Shown here one piece after another: positions 39,582-49,651 of a DNA stretch of 50,933 nt. This stretch comes from Minisyncoccota bacterium (lineage in GTDB: Bacteria > Patescibacteriota > Minisyncoccia > Phycocordibacterales > UBA918): assembly GCA_021129515.1 (NCBI GenBank), contig JAJOLD010000006.1, positions 1 to 50,933 on the forward strand. Direction: 5' to 3'. Made by a program: the position numbers and the translations under genes. The notes below the pieces were generated by a model. It saw nothing but the letters and a program-made list of their open reading frames with translations, had not been told where the DNA came from and did not search any database. Position 1 is the first letter of the stretch, and the number at the start of each line of letters is the position of its first letter.

Positions 39582-39691
39582 CTGGATTGCCTGCCTGTGC
39601 GTGGCACGCAGTCAGGCTTCGCATTCGCTCGCAATGACGGCAAAAAGCAACGCTTTTTGCCGTCATTGCGAGCCGTAGCGAAGCAATCCAG
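39582..39691. repeat. REP/REPIN-like doublet with a nested 26-bp insert
   Basis: CTGGATTGC[CTGCCTGTGCGTGGCACGCAGTCAGG]CTTCGCATTCGCTCGCAATGACGGC...GCCGTCATTGCGAG...GAAGCAATCCAG. Confidence 0.88.
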
Positions 39692-39834
39692 AAAAGTAAT
39701 TAGTACAGGTGCCGCTATGAGTCATCAATTGCAGTGAGGTATGCATTGATGTCATGGTAATGAGAAATGGAGATGAAGTGAAAAATGCGCGAGCAACTCA
39801 TGGAGAGTGCTCGCGCGATGTCCGGTGTTCCGAA

Positions 39835-40206
39835 CTAGGTCTCTGCTATGTGCCCTTTGAAATGTTTGCGGAGTCGCTGTTCTTCCTCGCTATTCTTTCT
39901 TCGTTTTTCTTGCTCGAGATATATCATTGCAACAATGATTTGTCTCATGCCTGCACTGCGTATTCGAGAGTATGATTGTACGAAACTCAAAACTGAAACA
40001 GGAAATTCGAGTGTGATTTTTCCAGATGCACAGATAGATTTTTTATGTACTACATATTTCTCCAAATATGGTTTGATATAAACACCTTCTGTTGCCAGCA
40101 ATTCTTGTGCAATACGTAGTTCGTGCTCGGTGTTGCACGGATTTGCATACGTAGTGGGTACAAAAAAACATAGATAGGCAAGAGTTGCAAAAAGTACTTG
40201 CTTCAT
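39835..40206 (-). CDS. Small secreted hypothetical protein (paralog B)
   Basis: GGAGG SD and signal peptide MKQVLFATLAYLCFFVPTTYA. Confidence 0.65.
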   Translation of the reverse strand: MKQVLFATLAYLCFFVPTTYANPCNTEHELRIAQELLATEGVYIKPYLEKYVVHKKSICASGKITLEFPVSVLSFVQSYSRIRSAGMRQIIVAMIYLEQEKRRKNSEEEQRLRKHFKGHIAET

Positions 40207-40291
40207 GGTCAACCTCCATTCTTTATGTGGTTTGGACATATGCAATCCTACTCCTCATAAAAACAGCTGTCAATACGGTGATAAGGGTGTG

Positions 40292-41206
40292 TTAATCAAA
40301 AATTTCAATCAAGTACGCATCAATATCGCGTTGGTCCATATCGTAGAAATAGAGATTGTTTTTGTGGAGATGTCGTGCGAGTTTAGTCCCAACAAATCGC
40401 CAGTGCCACGGCTCGTATACATAGTACTCGTTGCCTTTAGGATATGAGAGTATGAATCCATGTTTGTATGCATTTGTTTGCATCCATGTATATGCCTCGG
40501 TGTCACCAAACCCTGAGAGTCCGCCACCAAGTCCGGTGGTCGTGAAATCAACCGCCGTACCGAGCTGGTGTTCAGAAAAACCTTGGTCTGCGGAGAAGGT
40601 ATTTGCTCCCTCACCATATTGCACTGTATACGCGCCTTTGAGTGCATGCTGTTCATCATATGATCGATATGCAGAGACCACCCAGAGGTCTATGTCGTCT
40701 TTCTGTGCATCTGCAATGAGGTCTTCGAGAAATGGTTGCACTTGGTCGTGTATGTACTCAAGGTTCAATTCGTTGTAGAGATATTCTGCTGCGATAGCAG
40801 TAACCTTTGGCGGCACATAATGCTCGTTGAGAAAGTACACCTTTGAGTATTTTTTCAGGAGCTCGGTGTCGATTTCAGAGAGTTTATCGAGTTTGTCGAC
40901 GGTGCTGGTGATGTCTTTGATTTGATCTTCAAATTCCTCGTTGCGACCCTTTTCGTCTTCGAGGTCTTCAGAGAGTTCCGCCTTTTCTGCTACACTTTCT
41001 GCCAATGCACGCATGGCACTACTCAGCGTAGTATCGAGCTCTGAAGTAAGTGCGGTGCACGAAGCAAGGTCTGCTTCCTTGTCTGCGAGTTGTGCACGGA
41101 GTGATTGGGTGTGTGCTCGCTCTGAGGAAAGTGCAGACCATAAATACACAGAGAGGAGCAACCCAATACCTGTTGACACAACACATACGTATAACCAATG
41201 CTTCAT
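40292..41206 (-). CDS. Membrane-anchored M15B (VanY-like) D-Ala-D-Ala carboxypeptidase with coiled-coil stalk
   Basis: SAYRSYDEQ, SEHQLGTAVD, GFILSYP, YEPWHWRFVG. Confidence 0.93.
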   Translation of the reverse strand: MKHWLYVCVVSTGIGLLLSVYLWSALSSERAHTQSLRAQLADKEADLASCTALTSELDTTLSSAMRALAESVAEKAELSEDLEDEKGRNEEFEDQIKDITSTVDKLDKLSEIDTELLKKYSKVYFLNEHYVPPKVTAIAAEYLYNELNLEYIHDQVQPFLEDLIADAQKDDIDLWVVSAYRSYDEQHALKGAYTVQYGEGANTFSADQGFSEHQLGTAVDFTTTGLGGGLSGFGDTEAYTWMQTNAYKHGFILSYPKGNEYYVYEPWHWRFVGTKLARHLHKNNLYFYDMDQRDIDAYLIEIFD

Positions 41207-41440
41207 ATGTTCTTGATTTTAGCATGCGAAGCAAAATTATCTAAGAACCAGTCTAACCATGCACTGTGGCACTGTCTCCCGAATGGACGAAAGGCACCAG
41301 AGCTCATTAAAACGTATATCGTGTGTTGTATTTTGTAGCAAAGTAATCCAAAAAATTTGGGCGTAGGTGCCCGACAATATATTGAAAAATATGGATATAT
41401 GTGGTACCGTGTCGCCACTTATTAATTAATGTCAAAATAA

Positions 41441-42025
41441 ATGGCAGAAAACAATATGCCAGCAGCTGAGGCACCAGAGCTTTTCGACGATGAGCGAAAG
41501 AGCTATGAATTTGCCTTCCACGTACTTCCAACAGTTGCTGAAGGGGAAGTAGCTGGAGTGTTTGAAGCACTCAAGGCGCTCATTACACAACAGGGTGGTG
41601 AGATTTTTTCAGAAGAAGCACCCGAACGTATTGATTTAGCGTATGCAATCGTACAGTCAGTGCAGGGAAAGCATCGCAAATATGCAAGCGCGTATTTTGG
41701 GTGGATTCGCTTTACGCTCAATGGGGAGCGTATGGAAGCACTTGCTGAAGAAATTGATGCAAACCAGTCACTCCTACGACACCTGATTATCAAACTCACC
41801 AAGGCGGAAGAAGAAAATCCGTATCGATTCCACGAAAACCGAAAATCTAAAAAGGTCGTTGATGTGGTTGATACGCCAGTAGCTGATTCGAAAGAAACAA
41901 AGGATGCAGTTGAAGAACCTGCGACCAAAGAGGCTACTGCTAGCGAGGCTAGCACGCCTGATGCTGCTAAAGAAGCATCAAAAGAGGCAGCAGCTGATAC
42001 TGATGCAGAGAAAAAGGAGGTATAA
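41441..42025 (+). CDS. rpsF: 30S ribosomal protein S6 with acidic extension
   Basis: YEFAFHV, LAYAI, AYFGWIRF, LLRHLI, and rpsF-ssb-rpsR synteny. Confidence 0.92.
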   Translation: MAENNMPAAEAPELFDDERKSYEFAFHVLPTVAEGEVAGVFEALKALITQQGGEIFSEEAPERIDLAYAIVQSVQGKHRKYASAYFGWIRFTLNGERMEALAEEIDANQSLLRHLIIKLTKAEEENPYRFHENRKSKKVVDVVDTPVADSKETKDAVEEPATKEATASEASTPDAAKEASKEAAADTDAEKKEV

Positions 42026-42063
42026 TACTACACACTACTTACTCATAACTACCTACTAACCTT

Positions 42064-42510
42064 ATGTACCTTAATAAAGCAATGGTGTACGGAAATCTCA
42101 CCCGAGATCCTGAAATGAAAGCACTCCCAAGCGGTATGCAAGTGACTTCATTTTCTATCGCAACTAATCGTCGATACAAAGATCGCGATGGTAATTACCA
42201 AGATGCAGTTGATTATCACAACATTGTGGTGTTTGGCCGTCAGGCTGAGACAAGTGCACAGTATCTTAAGAAAGGGAGTGGTGCGTTTGTTGAAGGACGA
42301 TTGCAAACACGCTCATGGGATAAAGATGGACAGAAACAGTATCGTACAGAAATTGTTGCAGACCGGGTACAGTTTGGTCCTCGAACTGGGGGAGGTAGCG
42401 GCGAGGGTGCGCCAACAAATGCAGCACCGAAAAAGGATGATGCACCGGCACAGCAGAATGCTCCGGAATACCCAGAAGAAGACATCAATCCTGAAGACAT
42501 CCCTTTCTAA
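42064..42510 (+). CDS. ssb: Single-stranded DNA-binding protein
   Basis: LNKAMVYGNLTRDPE, VEGRLQTRSW, C-terminal DIPF. Confidence 0.98.
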   Translation: MYLNKAMVYGNLTRDPEMKALPSGMQVTSFSIATNRRYKDRDGNYQDAVDYHNIVVFGRQAETSAQYLKKGSGAFVEGRLQTRSWDKDGQKQYRTEIVADRVQFGPRTGGGSGEGAPTNAAPKKDDAPAQQNAPEYPEEDINPEDIPF

Positions 42511-42630
42511 ATTCCTGAACAACCTGTCTACGTCGTTGCGACTATAATTTTGTCAGGCACGGTAGGTCCACTACCGCTTCCTCCAAAATCTTGTTGCGCC
42601 GCGTATCCAAATCATTCAGAAGATTTAGAA
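42505..42630. repeat. Long imperfect hairpin element overlapping the ssb stop codon
   Basis: TTCTAAAT...CGGTAG-GTCCA-CTACCG...ATTTAGAA. Related to 14051-14170. Confidence 0.7.
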
Positions 42631-42754
42631 AATACAGCTTAGATAATTTTAAGCTCTAAAATAATACTGATATTGAAAATTTGAAACTAAAAAATTATTA
42701 GAAATAATTTTTTAGTCCTAAGTACTAGGTGCTCAGGGCTAAGAACTACACAAC

Positions 42755-42955
42755 ATGGACGACAAGAAAAAAGAAACACACAACGTTGACCACTTTGACT
42801 ACAAAAATGTAGACAAAATCCTTGCAAACCTCAACCCACACTCACGTATGTTCAATCGACGACGTAGTGGATTGACTGCACGGCAGCAGCGCCAGTTTGC
42901 AAAAGCAACGAAGCGGGCGCGGTTTATGGCATTGGTGCCGTACGTATCACGCTAG
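42755..42955 (+). CDS. rpsR: 30S ribosomal protein S18
   Basis: DYKNV...RRRSGLTARQQRQ..KATKRARFMALVPY. Confidence 0.95.
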   Translation: MDDKKKETHNVDHFDYKNVDKILANLNPHSRMFNRRRSGLTARQQRQFAKATKRARFMALVPYVSR

Positions 42956-43615
42956 TGACGTATATGCATGGAGGCGCGGCGCCCACGATAGTGGGCGCCG
43001 CGTTTTCTGTATAAAAATACACCTGGCAACAAAGTGTCGCCAGGTGGTGGATGTGCTATGAGTAAATGGTTGCTATCAATAGAGCCTTGTTCTCTGTGCT
43101 TGTCGATCTGCGGCAGCAGCGGCAGCACGTGCCTCTGGATGATTCATGTCTCCGGCAGGGCAGGCGGTGCGTCGCAGCTGGACCGATGTGGTCCGTAATG
43201 CTTGGAGGAGTGACTCAAGGTCACTTGTGTCAGTGCCATTTTTTGGGGCAATTCGAATCCAGCGCATGATCCGTTTCATTCGCTTTTTAGTGGAAGCGAA
43301 TGCTTGTCCCGGGTGAGATTCTTTTTTGATTTGCAAGGTACTCTCCTTATGTCTTTGAAAGGAACATAATTTATATAGTAAAAAGTAAATATACGCAACG
43401 ATGTTTGGTCATGATTGCAACCAAGAGCATTTTATATTAGTTTGAGATAAAGAGTGTCACATGAATTACCAAGATGAGGTACAACACATAGACATACCAC
43501 GTTCTTCACTTATTGCGAGACTATGGTGCTTCTGTATTTCTATGGTAGTGTCTTGTGGGGTACTCGGTAGTTGGATTGTTGTATACAGTTACATCATAAT
43601 AACGAGGAGGCATGT

Positions 43616-43915
43616 ATGTGTCATACAGATACGGTGAGGTATGAGGCTTTTAGTACGGCTAGTATCGGGGTGCTCATTTGGTGTGTTGGTGTTTTCACGG
43701 CATCAACATTATCTGAATCAAGTGCACCAATGCTCCATATATTGTGGTGGAGTTGGTTGCTCTTGGGAGGGTCATTCATTATGGTTGCGGTGCAACATCT
43801 GTTTCGTATCGTGTCTATGCGCAGCACAACATATACTTGGATATCATATGGGTGTATGGGCATATCAGGACTCGGTGTGTGTGGGTGCTTGATACTCTAT
43901 CTCCACGCACAGTGA
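43616..43915 (+). CDS. Hypothetical membrane protein
   Basis: GAGGAGG SD and three hydrophobic segments. Confidence 0.5.
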   Translation: MCHTDTVRYEAFSTASIGVLIWCVGVFTASTLSESSAPMLHILWWSWLLLGGSFIMVAVQHLFRIVSMRSTTYTWISYGCMGISGLGVCGCLILYLHAQ

Positions 43916-43998
43916 TGCACCGTGCGTATGTATAGTACAAAGACAAAGCCACCGACACATGTCGGTGGCTATTGTATTGGGATGGTGAGAAATAAGTA

Positions 43999-44601
43999 CT
44001 ATCCTTTTGCTACCCGTTCGGTATAACTGCCAGATTCAGTATTGACTGCCACTACATCTCCTTCATTGATGAATTGCGGTACTTGGAGTGTGAGTCCGGT
44101 TTCAAGCGTTACTTCTTTAGTTGCGCCGCTTGAGGTATTGCCTTTCACTGCTTCACTTGCTTCGGTCACCTTAAGTTCTACCTTGATAGGGGTGAGTACA
44201 CTCATGATTTTGTTTGTATCCGTGGCTTTGTCATGAGGGTCGTTGAAGACAATTGCCTCAACAATGCTGTTTTCGGTTACGTAGTCCTTGAGGTGTCCCA
44301 CGACATCTTCGCTAAGGTGGAATCGGTCTCCCGGATTGTCTGGTGTGCAGAACCAGTATTCACCACGATTTTCGTAGAGATACTTCACCTCACGTTTTTC
44401 AATATCTGCTTCCTCGAGTACGTCTGATTGGTGGAAGGTGCGGTCGACCACGCCACCGGTTCGAAGGTTCTTCATCCTTACGTTATTACTCGCTTTCTGA
44501 CGGTCTTTTTTTGAAATTGCCGAAGAAAGCACCACATACGGGTCACCGTCCATAATGGCGGTTCGCTTAGGAGTGAGTTCGTTGTATTGTAATTTCGCCA
44601 C
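43999..44601 (-). CDS. efp: Elongation factor P
   Basis: KNLRTG..V..TF, YLY, VKGNTSSGATK..TLETG..QVPQFINEGD...NTESGSYTER. Confidence 0.95.
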   Translation of the reverse strand: MAKLQYNELTPKRTAIMDGDPYVVLSSAISKKDRQKASNNVRMKNLRTGGVVDRTFHQSDVLEEADIEKREVKYLYENRGEYWFCTPDNPGDRFHLSEDVVGHLKDYVTENSIVEAIVFNDPHDKATDTNKIMSVLTPIKVELKVTEASEAVKGNTSSGATKEVTLETGLTLQVPQFINEGDVVAVNTESGSYTERVAKG

Positions 44602-44698
44602 AGTGCTGTCAGTTCTTAAGATTTATAAAATATGCTCTATTTTATACCTACAAAAACGTATCTCTGCAACCTTTGTACTCTGAAATGAGTGCTACTAT

Positions 44699-45301
44699 AT
44701 GAGTATGCTCGGATTAACCACTACCGACGACGCACGTGATTTGACCGATGAGGAAGTGTTGGCTCGCTCACATGCCGAGCCGTGGCTTTTTGCGGTGTTG
44801 CTTGAGCGCTATCAAGATGCATTCTTGCGCAAGGCACAGTCTATTATTTTTAATGCACTTGATGCAGAGGAAGTGGTGCAAGACGCCTTCACCAAAATGT
44901 ATATGCATGCGCATCGGTTTGAGCTTCGAGAAGGTGCCAAGTTTTCTTCATGGGCATATACCATACTTATCAATACAGCACTGACGCGATACCAGAAATG
45001 TGTACGAGAGGGGAAGCGGACGTACAATCTTGATCCAGAGTTAGAGCAGCGGCTTGGTGACATGAAGGGGGGTGATACATTTAATGAACGTCAGGACGCT
45101 ATCGCGCGTATTCTGGACTTACTTCCAGAACATTTTGCGTATGTACTGCGACTCCATTACCTTGAACGATGGTCACACAAGGATATAGCGGCAGAGACGG
45201 GGGAGAGTGTCGGTGCAGTGAAAGCGCGCATTCATAGGGCGAAAGCACAATTTCGAAAGGAGAGTGAGGTGCATGCACCTGATATTCTGAAAGATATCTA
45301 A
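44699..45301 (+). CDS. ECF-type sigma-70 factor
   Basis: DAEEVVQDAF, FSSWAYTILIN (region 2), and SHKDIA...VKARIHRAK (region 4). Confidence 0.93.
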   Translation: MSMLGLTTTDDARDLTDEEVLARSHAEPWLFAVLLERYQDAFLRKAQSIIFNALDAEEVVQDAFTKMYMHAHRFELREGAKFSSWAYTILINTALTRYQKCVREGKRTYNLDPELEQRLGDMKGGDTFNERQDAIARILDLLPEHFAYVLRLHYLERWSHKDIAAETGESVGAVKARIHRAKAQFRKESEVHAPDILKDI

Positions 45302-45367
45302 TGGTGGTGTGCAACTTTTGCTACAGAGGGTGCGTTATAAGTAATACCAACATAACCATATAGGCGT

Positions 45368-45691
45368 ATGCATACTACACAACTACACACTATCGTAATG
45401 CGCAGAGTGTACTACTCGTTTGCGCTTCGTCTTGCGACACACACCACGACACTGTATCTGGCAATTTTAGCAGTGTCCGTATATGCGCTTGGATATTTCG
45501 TACATGTACAAGCGGTGCTCAATACGGCAGCACAGGTGCCCGCGGGGGAGTTTGGTCCATTTATACTCCGGCTTCTTGCTAATACGGATGGTATTACGCT
45601 CGTGGTGTTAGGTGTCATCATTATGACCTCGCTCTCTATACCGTTTAGTTTGCCCAACTATCAGCGAACTTTGCGACCACAGGCGGCATAA
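45368..45691 (+). CDS. Small 2-TM membrane protein, candidate anti-sigma partner
   Basis: Directly downstream of the ECF sigma gene, hydrophobic. The function is inferred from position only. Confidence 0.6.
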   Translation: MHTTQLHTIVMRRVYYSFALRLATHTTTLYLAILAVSVYALGYFVHVQAVLNTAAQVPAGEFGPFILRLLANTDGITLVVLGVIIMTSLSIPFSLPNYQRTLRPQAA

Positions 45692-45755
45692 ATACAACGC
45701 GCTAACAAAGCCCCGAGAGGGGCTTTGTTGTGCTCCGCATAAACAAACATACTAG

Positions 45756-45795
45756 GATACAAAAACCTTTCGGTTAACCGAAAGGTTTTTGTATC
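45756..45795. repeat. Perfect 40-bp palindrome
   Basis: GATACAAAAACCTTTCGGTT|AACCGAAAGGTTTTTGTATC. Confidence 0.85.
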
Positions 45796-45841
45796 TCAAT
45801 GCACTCGTGTTCAGTACTGTATGATATTTGGTTATATCAAT

Positions 45842-45876
45842 ACTGGATTGCAAGGCGTCAGCCAAAGCAATCCAGT
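45842..45876. repeat. Collapsed REP-like doublet
   Basis: ACTGGATTGC...GCAATCCAGT, only the outer ends of the doublet. Confidence 0.7.
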
Positions 45877-45929
45877 CTTTTAATTTTTGCTTTGTATTTT
45901 TTATATCTTCTCTTTACTATTTGATTTTT

Positions 45930-47054
45930 CTATGCGTCCTCCTTCATTGCCTTTCTAATATTCCTAAGTATCTCATTTGAAAGTTTTTTCTCTGCGCGGA
46001 GGGTCTTGCGTGCGGCGTCGTACCCGCGACCAAGTTTTACAAGTGCCGAATCATCGCCGCCTGGGGGAGTATAGCTGTATGAGGCACCTGCTTTGGTGAC
46101 CATTTTGTATTTCTCACCGAGCGCAAGCAATTCTCCCTCACGGCTAATACCTTCGTTATAGATAAGATCAAACTCAGTCGTCTTAAATGGAGGCGCAACC
46201 TTGTTCTTCACCACCTTCACTCGGTGTCGACCACCGACGACCTCGTCACCCTTCTTAATCTGTGCAATGCGGCGGATATCGAGCCGGACTGAGGTATAAA
46301 ACTTGAGTGCCTTTCCACCGGTTGTGGTCTCAGGGTTTCCAAACATCACCCCAATTTGCATACGAATCTGGTTGATGAAAATAACCGAACACTTGGTCTT
46401 CGCAACAATGGCAGTGAGTTTGCGGAGCGCTTGGCTCATGAGTCGTGCTTGCTTCCCGACGTGGTGCGCGCCCATTTCGCCCTCAATTTCATCCTTTGGA
46501 GTCAGTGCTGCCACAGAGTCCACGACTACGACATCGAGCTTGCCGCTTCTGACGAGTGATTCGACAATCTCGAGTGCTTGTTCACCGGTGTCTGGTTGTG
46601 AAATGAGGAGTTCATCAAGCTTCACGCCAATTTTGGCTGCGTATTCTGGGTCGAGCGCATGTTCCGCATCGACAAATGCACAAATACCGCCTGCCTTCTG
46701 CGCTTCAGCAATAGCATGCAGGGAGAGGGTGGTCTTACCAGAAGACTCAGGTCCATAGATTTCAACAATACGACCACGGGGGAATCCGCCAATACCGAGT
46801 GCATCGTCAAGACCAATAGAACCAGTTGAAATAGCATCAATGTCAACATGCTTGGTCTCACCTAAGGTCATGATAGCTTCATCGCCAAACTTGGTTTTGA
46901 TGCTGCGCAGTGTTTCGGTAATTCCGGCATCAGCTGCGGGAGCCGCTGTGTCTTTGGGCGTCTTTTTGCTTGCCTGAGCAGCTTTAGCTGCTTTAGGGGT
47001 TGTGGCAGCTTTCTTGGAGGCTGCCTTTGCGCTTTTAGGTTTCTTTGCTGGCAT
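45930..47054 (-). CDS. recA: Recombinase A with Lys/Ala-rich N-terminal extension
   Basis: [53 protein letters not shown]. Confidence 0.99.
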   Translation of the reverse strand: MPAKKPKSAKAASKKAATTPKAAKAAQASKKTPKDTAAPAADAGITETLRSIKTKFGDEAIMTLGETKHVDIDAISTGSIGLDDALGIGGFPRGRIVEIYGPESSGKTTLSLHAIAEAQKAGGICAFVDAEHALDPEYAAKIGVKLDELLISQPDTGEQALEIVESLVRSGKLDVVVVDSVAALTPKDEIEGEMGAHHVGKQARLMSQALRKLTAIVAKTKCSVIFINQIRMQIGVMFGNPETTTGGKALKFYTSVRLDIRRIAQIKKGDEVVGGRHRVKVVKNKVAPPFKTTEFDLIYNEGISREGELLALGEKYKMVTKAGASYSYTPPGGDDSALVKLGRGYDAARKTLRAEKKLSNEILRNIRKAMKEDA

Positions 47055-47070
47055 ATGTATTCGTACAATA

Positions 47071-47451
47071 TTAGTTAATAGCTGTGTCTCCTTTGTAGAT
47101 AAATGACCGGGTCATGTCGATGGTCCGACCGTATCTGTTTTTTGCGTGTAGCGTCATTATAGTATACCCATTCTCAAGCACCAGGGGCTCTTCAAATACG
47201 CCATGCTCATCGGTAAATATTTCACGACCATTGAGCGTAATAGCGGTGATGTGTTTTGCCTCTCCCTTGAGGAGCACTATTCGTTCGTGATGCACTGTTT
47301 CGGTTGGTGCATGCAGAATTATTTGAGGACCGTGAATCAAATATCGTGCTTGAAACAATGCATAGACCAAAATACCACAGAGAAAGAGGGTGAGTGCGGC
47401 TGGGCGCATGTAGGTCTCAAGTGCCACTGCTGAGTGAAAGGGGGTGCGCAT
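47071..47451 (-). CDS. Small membrane-anchored Ig-like protein
   Basis: TM segment, then GPQI...[33 protein letters not shown]. Confidence 0.75.
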   Translation of the reverse strand: MRTPFHSAVALETYMRPAALTLFLCGILVYALFQARYLIHGPQIILHAPTETVHHERIVLLKGEAKHITAITLNGREIFTDEHGVFEEPLVLENGYTIMTLHAKNRYGRTIDMTRSFIYKGDTAIN

Positions 47452-47464
47452 GTGCGTTATGTGG

Positions 47465-49651
47465 TTATACGTCGTCTTCTTCCTGCTGTGCAGGCATATC
47501 ATTGCCAGCAAGAATCTCGCGAGGCTTCGAACCGTTTGCGGGTCCAATAACCCCACGTTCTTCAAGAATATCCATGAGTCGTGCTGCACGTGAGTAGCCA
47601 ACGCGGAGTTTTCGCTGCAAGTATGAGGTTGATGCTTTGTTTGCCTCAATCACGGCTTGTTTTGCATCTTCGTAGAGGTCATCTTCCTCCTCGTCGTCAA
47701 CCATTGCACCGAAGAATGCGTCTGCAGAATCGTTTTCTGCTTCGGTAGCGTTGCCATCGAGGCCGATGGCGTCGAGCTCTTGTACGTCAGTCTGGTTCTT
47801 GAGGTATTTCACGACCTTCTTCATCTCATCTTCAGAAATATATGGAGACTGAAGTCGCATCGGCTTGTTCATATCACCTGAAAGGAAGAGCATGTCTCCA
47901 GCGCCAAGGAGTTTCTCAGCACCAACTTGGTCGAGAATGGTACGGGAGTCAATTTGCGATGCAACCTGGAGTGCGAGCCGAGTCGGAATATTTGCCTTAA
48001 TGGTACCGGTAATGACGTTGACCGATGGACGCTGTGTTGCGAGAAGCAGGTGAATACCAACCGCACGACTCATCTGTGCAAGGCGCACAATAGATGCCTC
48101 AAGTTCACGTGGGTATGCCTGCATGAGGTCGGCGAGCTCATCCATGACCACGACGATGTAGGGAAGTGGTTCTGGAAGTTCGTCCTTTTCTTCTTCAAGC
48201 GAGCCATTTGCTACCCAGTCGTCCTTGGCAGGGCGGTAGACATTCTCGTGGTATGACCCGAGGTCACGCACTTTGTTTGATTGCAAAATGTCGTACCGCC
48301 GTTCCATCTCCTTAATTGCCCACTTGAGAGAGAGGATTGCCTTCTTTGCGTCGGTAATCACTGGGGTGAGAAGATGCGGGATACCGTTGTAGAGGGTGAG
48401 TTCAACACGCTTCGGGTCGACCATGATAAACCGGAGCTGTTCAGGAGAGTTGCGGAAGAGGAGTGAGGTCACTACCGCGTGAATCATCACCGACTTACCA
48501 GAACCGGTGGTGCCTGCAATAAGTCCATGTGGCATTTTGGCAAGATTGGTGAAGTGGGGGAGCCCTGAGATATCTTTACCAAGGGCAACCAAGAGTGGCT
48601 TTGGTGAGTCGGTGTATTCAGGTGAAGCCAACAATCCTGCAAGCCCCACACTTGCCTTAGTTGTATTTGGCACCTCAATACCAACAAGTGATTTTCCTGG
48701 AATCGGTGCCTCGATACGAATAGTGCCGGCTGCGAGGTTGAGCTCAAGCTCGCGTTGCAAGCCAACGATGCGAGAAATCTTCACACCTTGCGCAGGCTTA
48801 AAGGCGTAGCGGGTGACGGTTGGACCAATCTCAACTGCATCCATCTCAACCGGGATACCAAAGTTCTTGAGGGTACGCTTAATGCTGTTTGCTGCAGCTT
48901 TCACATCGTCTACCTTTGCCTTGCCGCGATCCTTCTTAAGGAGTGAAAGGGGGGGTGGGTCATATGGTCCCTCAAAGCTCGAAACAGCAAATTCACCTTT
49001 CGATGCTTTGCCGAGTCCAAGACGTTCTTTCATAGACTTCTTTGGTTCGTCTCCCTCAGCATCTTCGTCTGCAGGTTCTTCTTCGGGATCGTCTGCACCC
49101 TCTTCAGGAAGTTCATCAAGCAGGATTTCTTCCTCAAGGAGTTCCTCATCTTCTTCCTCGTCCTGCTTCTTAAAGAGGGAGAAGGAGAGAAGCGTGCTGT
49201 TGAAGGTGAGGAAGATGCTCACGAGCATGAGCGCGCCGAGTATGATGCCAGTCACCATGTCACCAAAGAGCCATTGGAATGGGTAGGCGAGTGCAAGCCC
49301 CACAATGCCTCCATTTTGGCTACTCAGTGCCAACAATCCCAATGCTGAGAGAAAGAGGAGTGAGACACCAATTGCTTTGGACACACTGACATGCTCGTCC
49401 TCACGAGGTTTCATGAGGACATACACATAGAGTGCACAGACCACTGGCGCAAGCACAAAGCCCAACCCAAATAAAAAGGTCAGTGCCGAATGGGTAAAAT
49501 CACCTGCAATACCTGCATACCCCAATGAAGAAAGTATGAAAAATACTCCCAATACCACAAACCCCACAGCGCCTATTGCTTGCTTTGTGTGCGGAGAAAC
49601 ATCGTCAAAAAAACCTGTGTCTCGTTTATGCTTTTTACGTCGTGCTGCCAT
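47465..49651 (-). CDS. ftsK: DNA translocase FtsK/SpoIIIE
   Basis: 4-TM N-terminus, IAGTTGSGKS, DPKRVEL, DELADLM, ATQRPSV, and gamma domain STSYLQRKLRVGYSRAARL. Confidence 0.98.
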   Translation of the reverse strand: MAARRKKHKRDTGFFDDVSPHTKQAIGAVGFVVLGVFFILSSLGYAGIAGDFTHSALTFLFGLGFVLAPVVCALYVYVLMKPREDEHVSVSKAIGVSLLFLSALGLLALSSQNGGIVGLALAYPFQWLFGDMVTGIILGALMLVSIFLTFNSTLLSFSLFKKQDEEEDEELLEEEILLDELPEEGADDPEEEPADEDAEGDEPKKSMKERLGLGKASKGEFAVSSFEGPYDPPPLSLLKKDRGKAKVDDVKAAANSIKRTLKNFGIPVEMDAVEIGPTVTRYAFKPAQGVKISRIVGLQRELELNLAAGTIRIEAPIPGKSLVGIEVPNTTKASVGLAGLLASPEYTDSPKPLLVALGKDISGLPHFTNLAKMPHGLIAGTTGSGKSVMIHAVVTSLLFRNSPEQLRFIMVDPKRVELTLYNGIPHLLTPVITDAKKAILSLKWAIKEMERRYDILQSNKVRDLGSYHENVYRPAKDDWVANGSLEEEKDELPEPLPYIVVVMDELADLMQAYPRELEASIVRLAQMSRAVGIHLLLATQRPSVNVITGTIKANIPTRLALQVASQIDSRTILDQVGAEKLLGAGDMLFLSGDMNKPMRLQSPYISEDEMKKVVKYLKNQTDVQELDAIGLDGNATEAENDSADAFFGAMVDDEEEDDLYEDAKQAVIEANKASTSYLQRKLRVGYSRAARLMDILEERGVIGPANGSKPREILAGNDMPAQQEEDDV

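Noticed and set aside
41401..41418. S6:S18 autoregulatory leader or T-box-like GTGGTACCG before rpsF
   Set aside because: Only a 4-bp stem around a CCG, too little to support without a covariance-model search.
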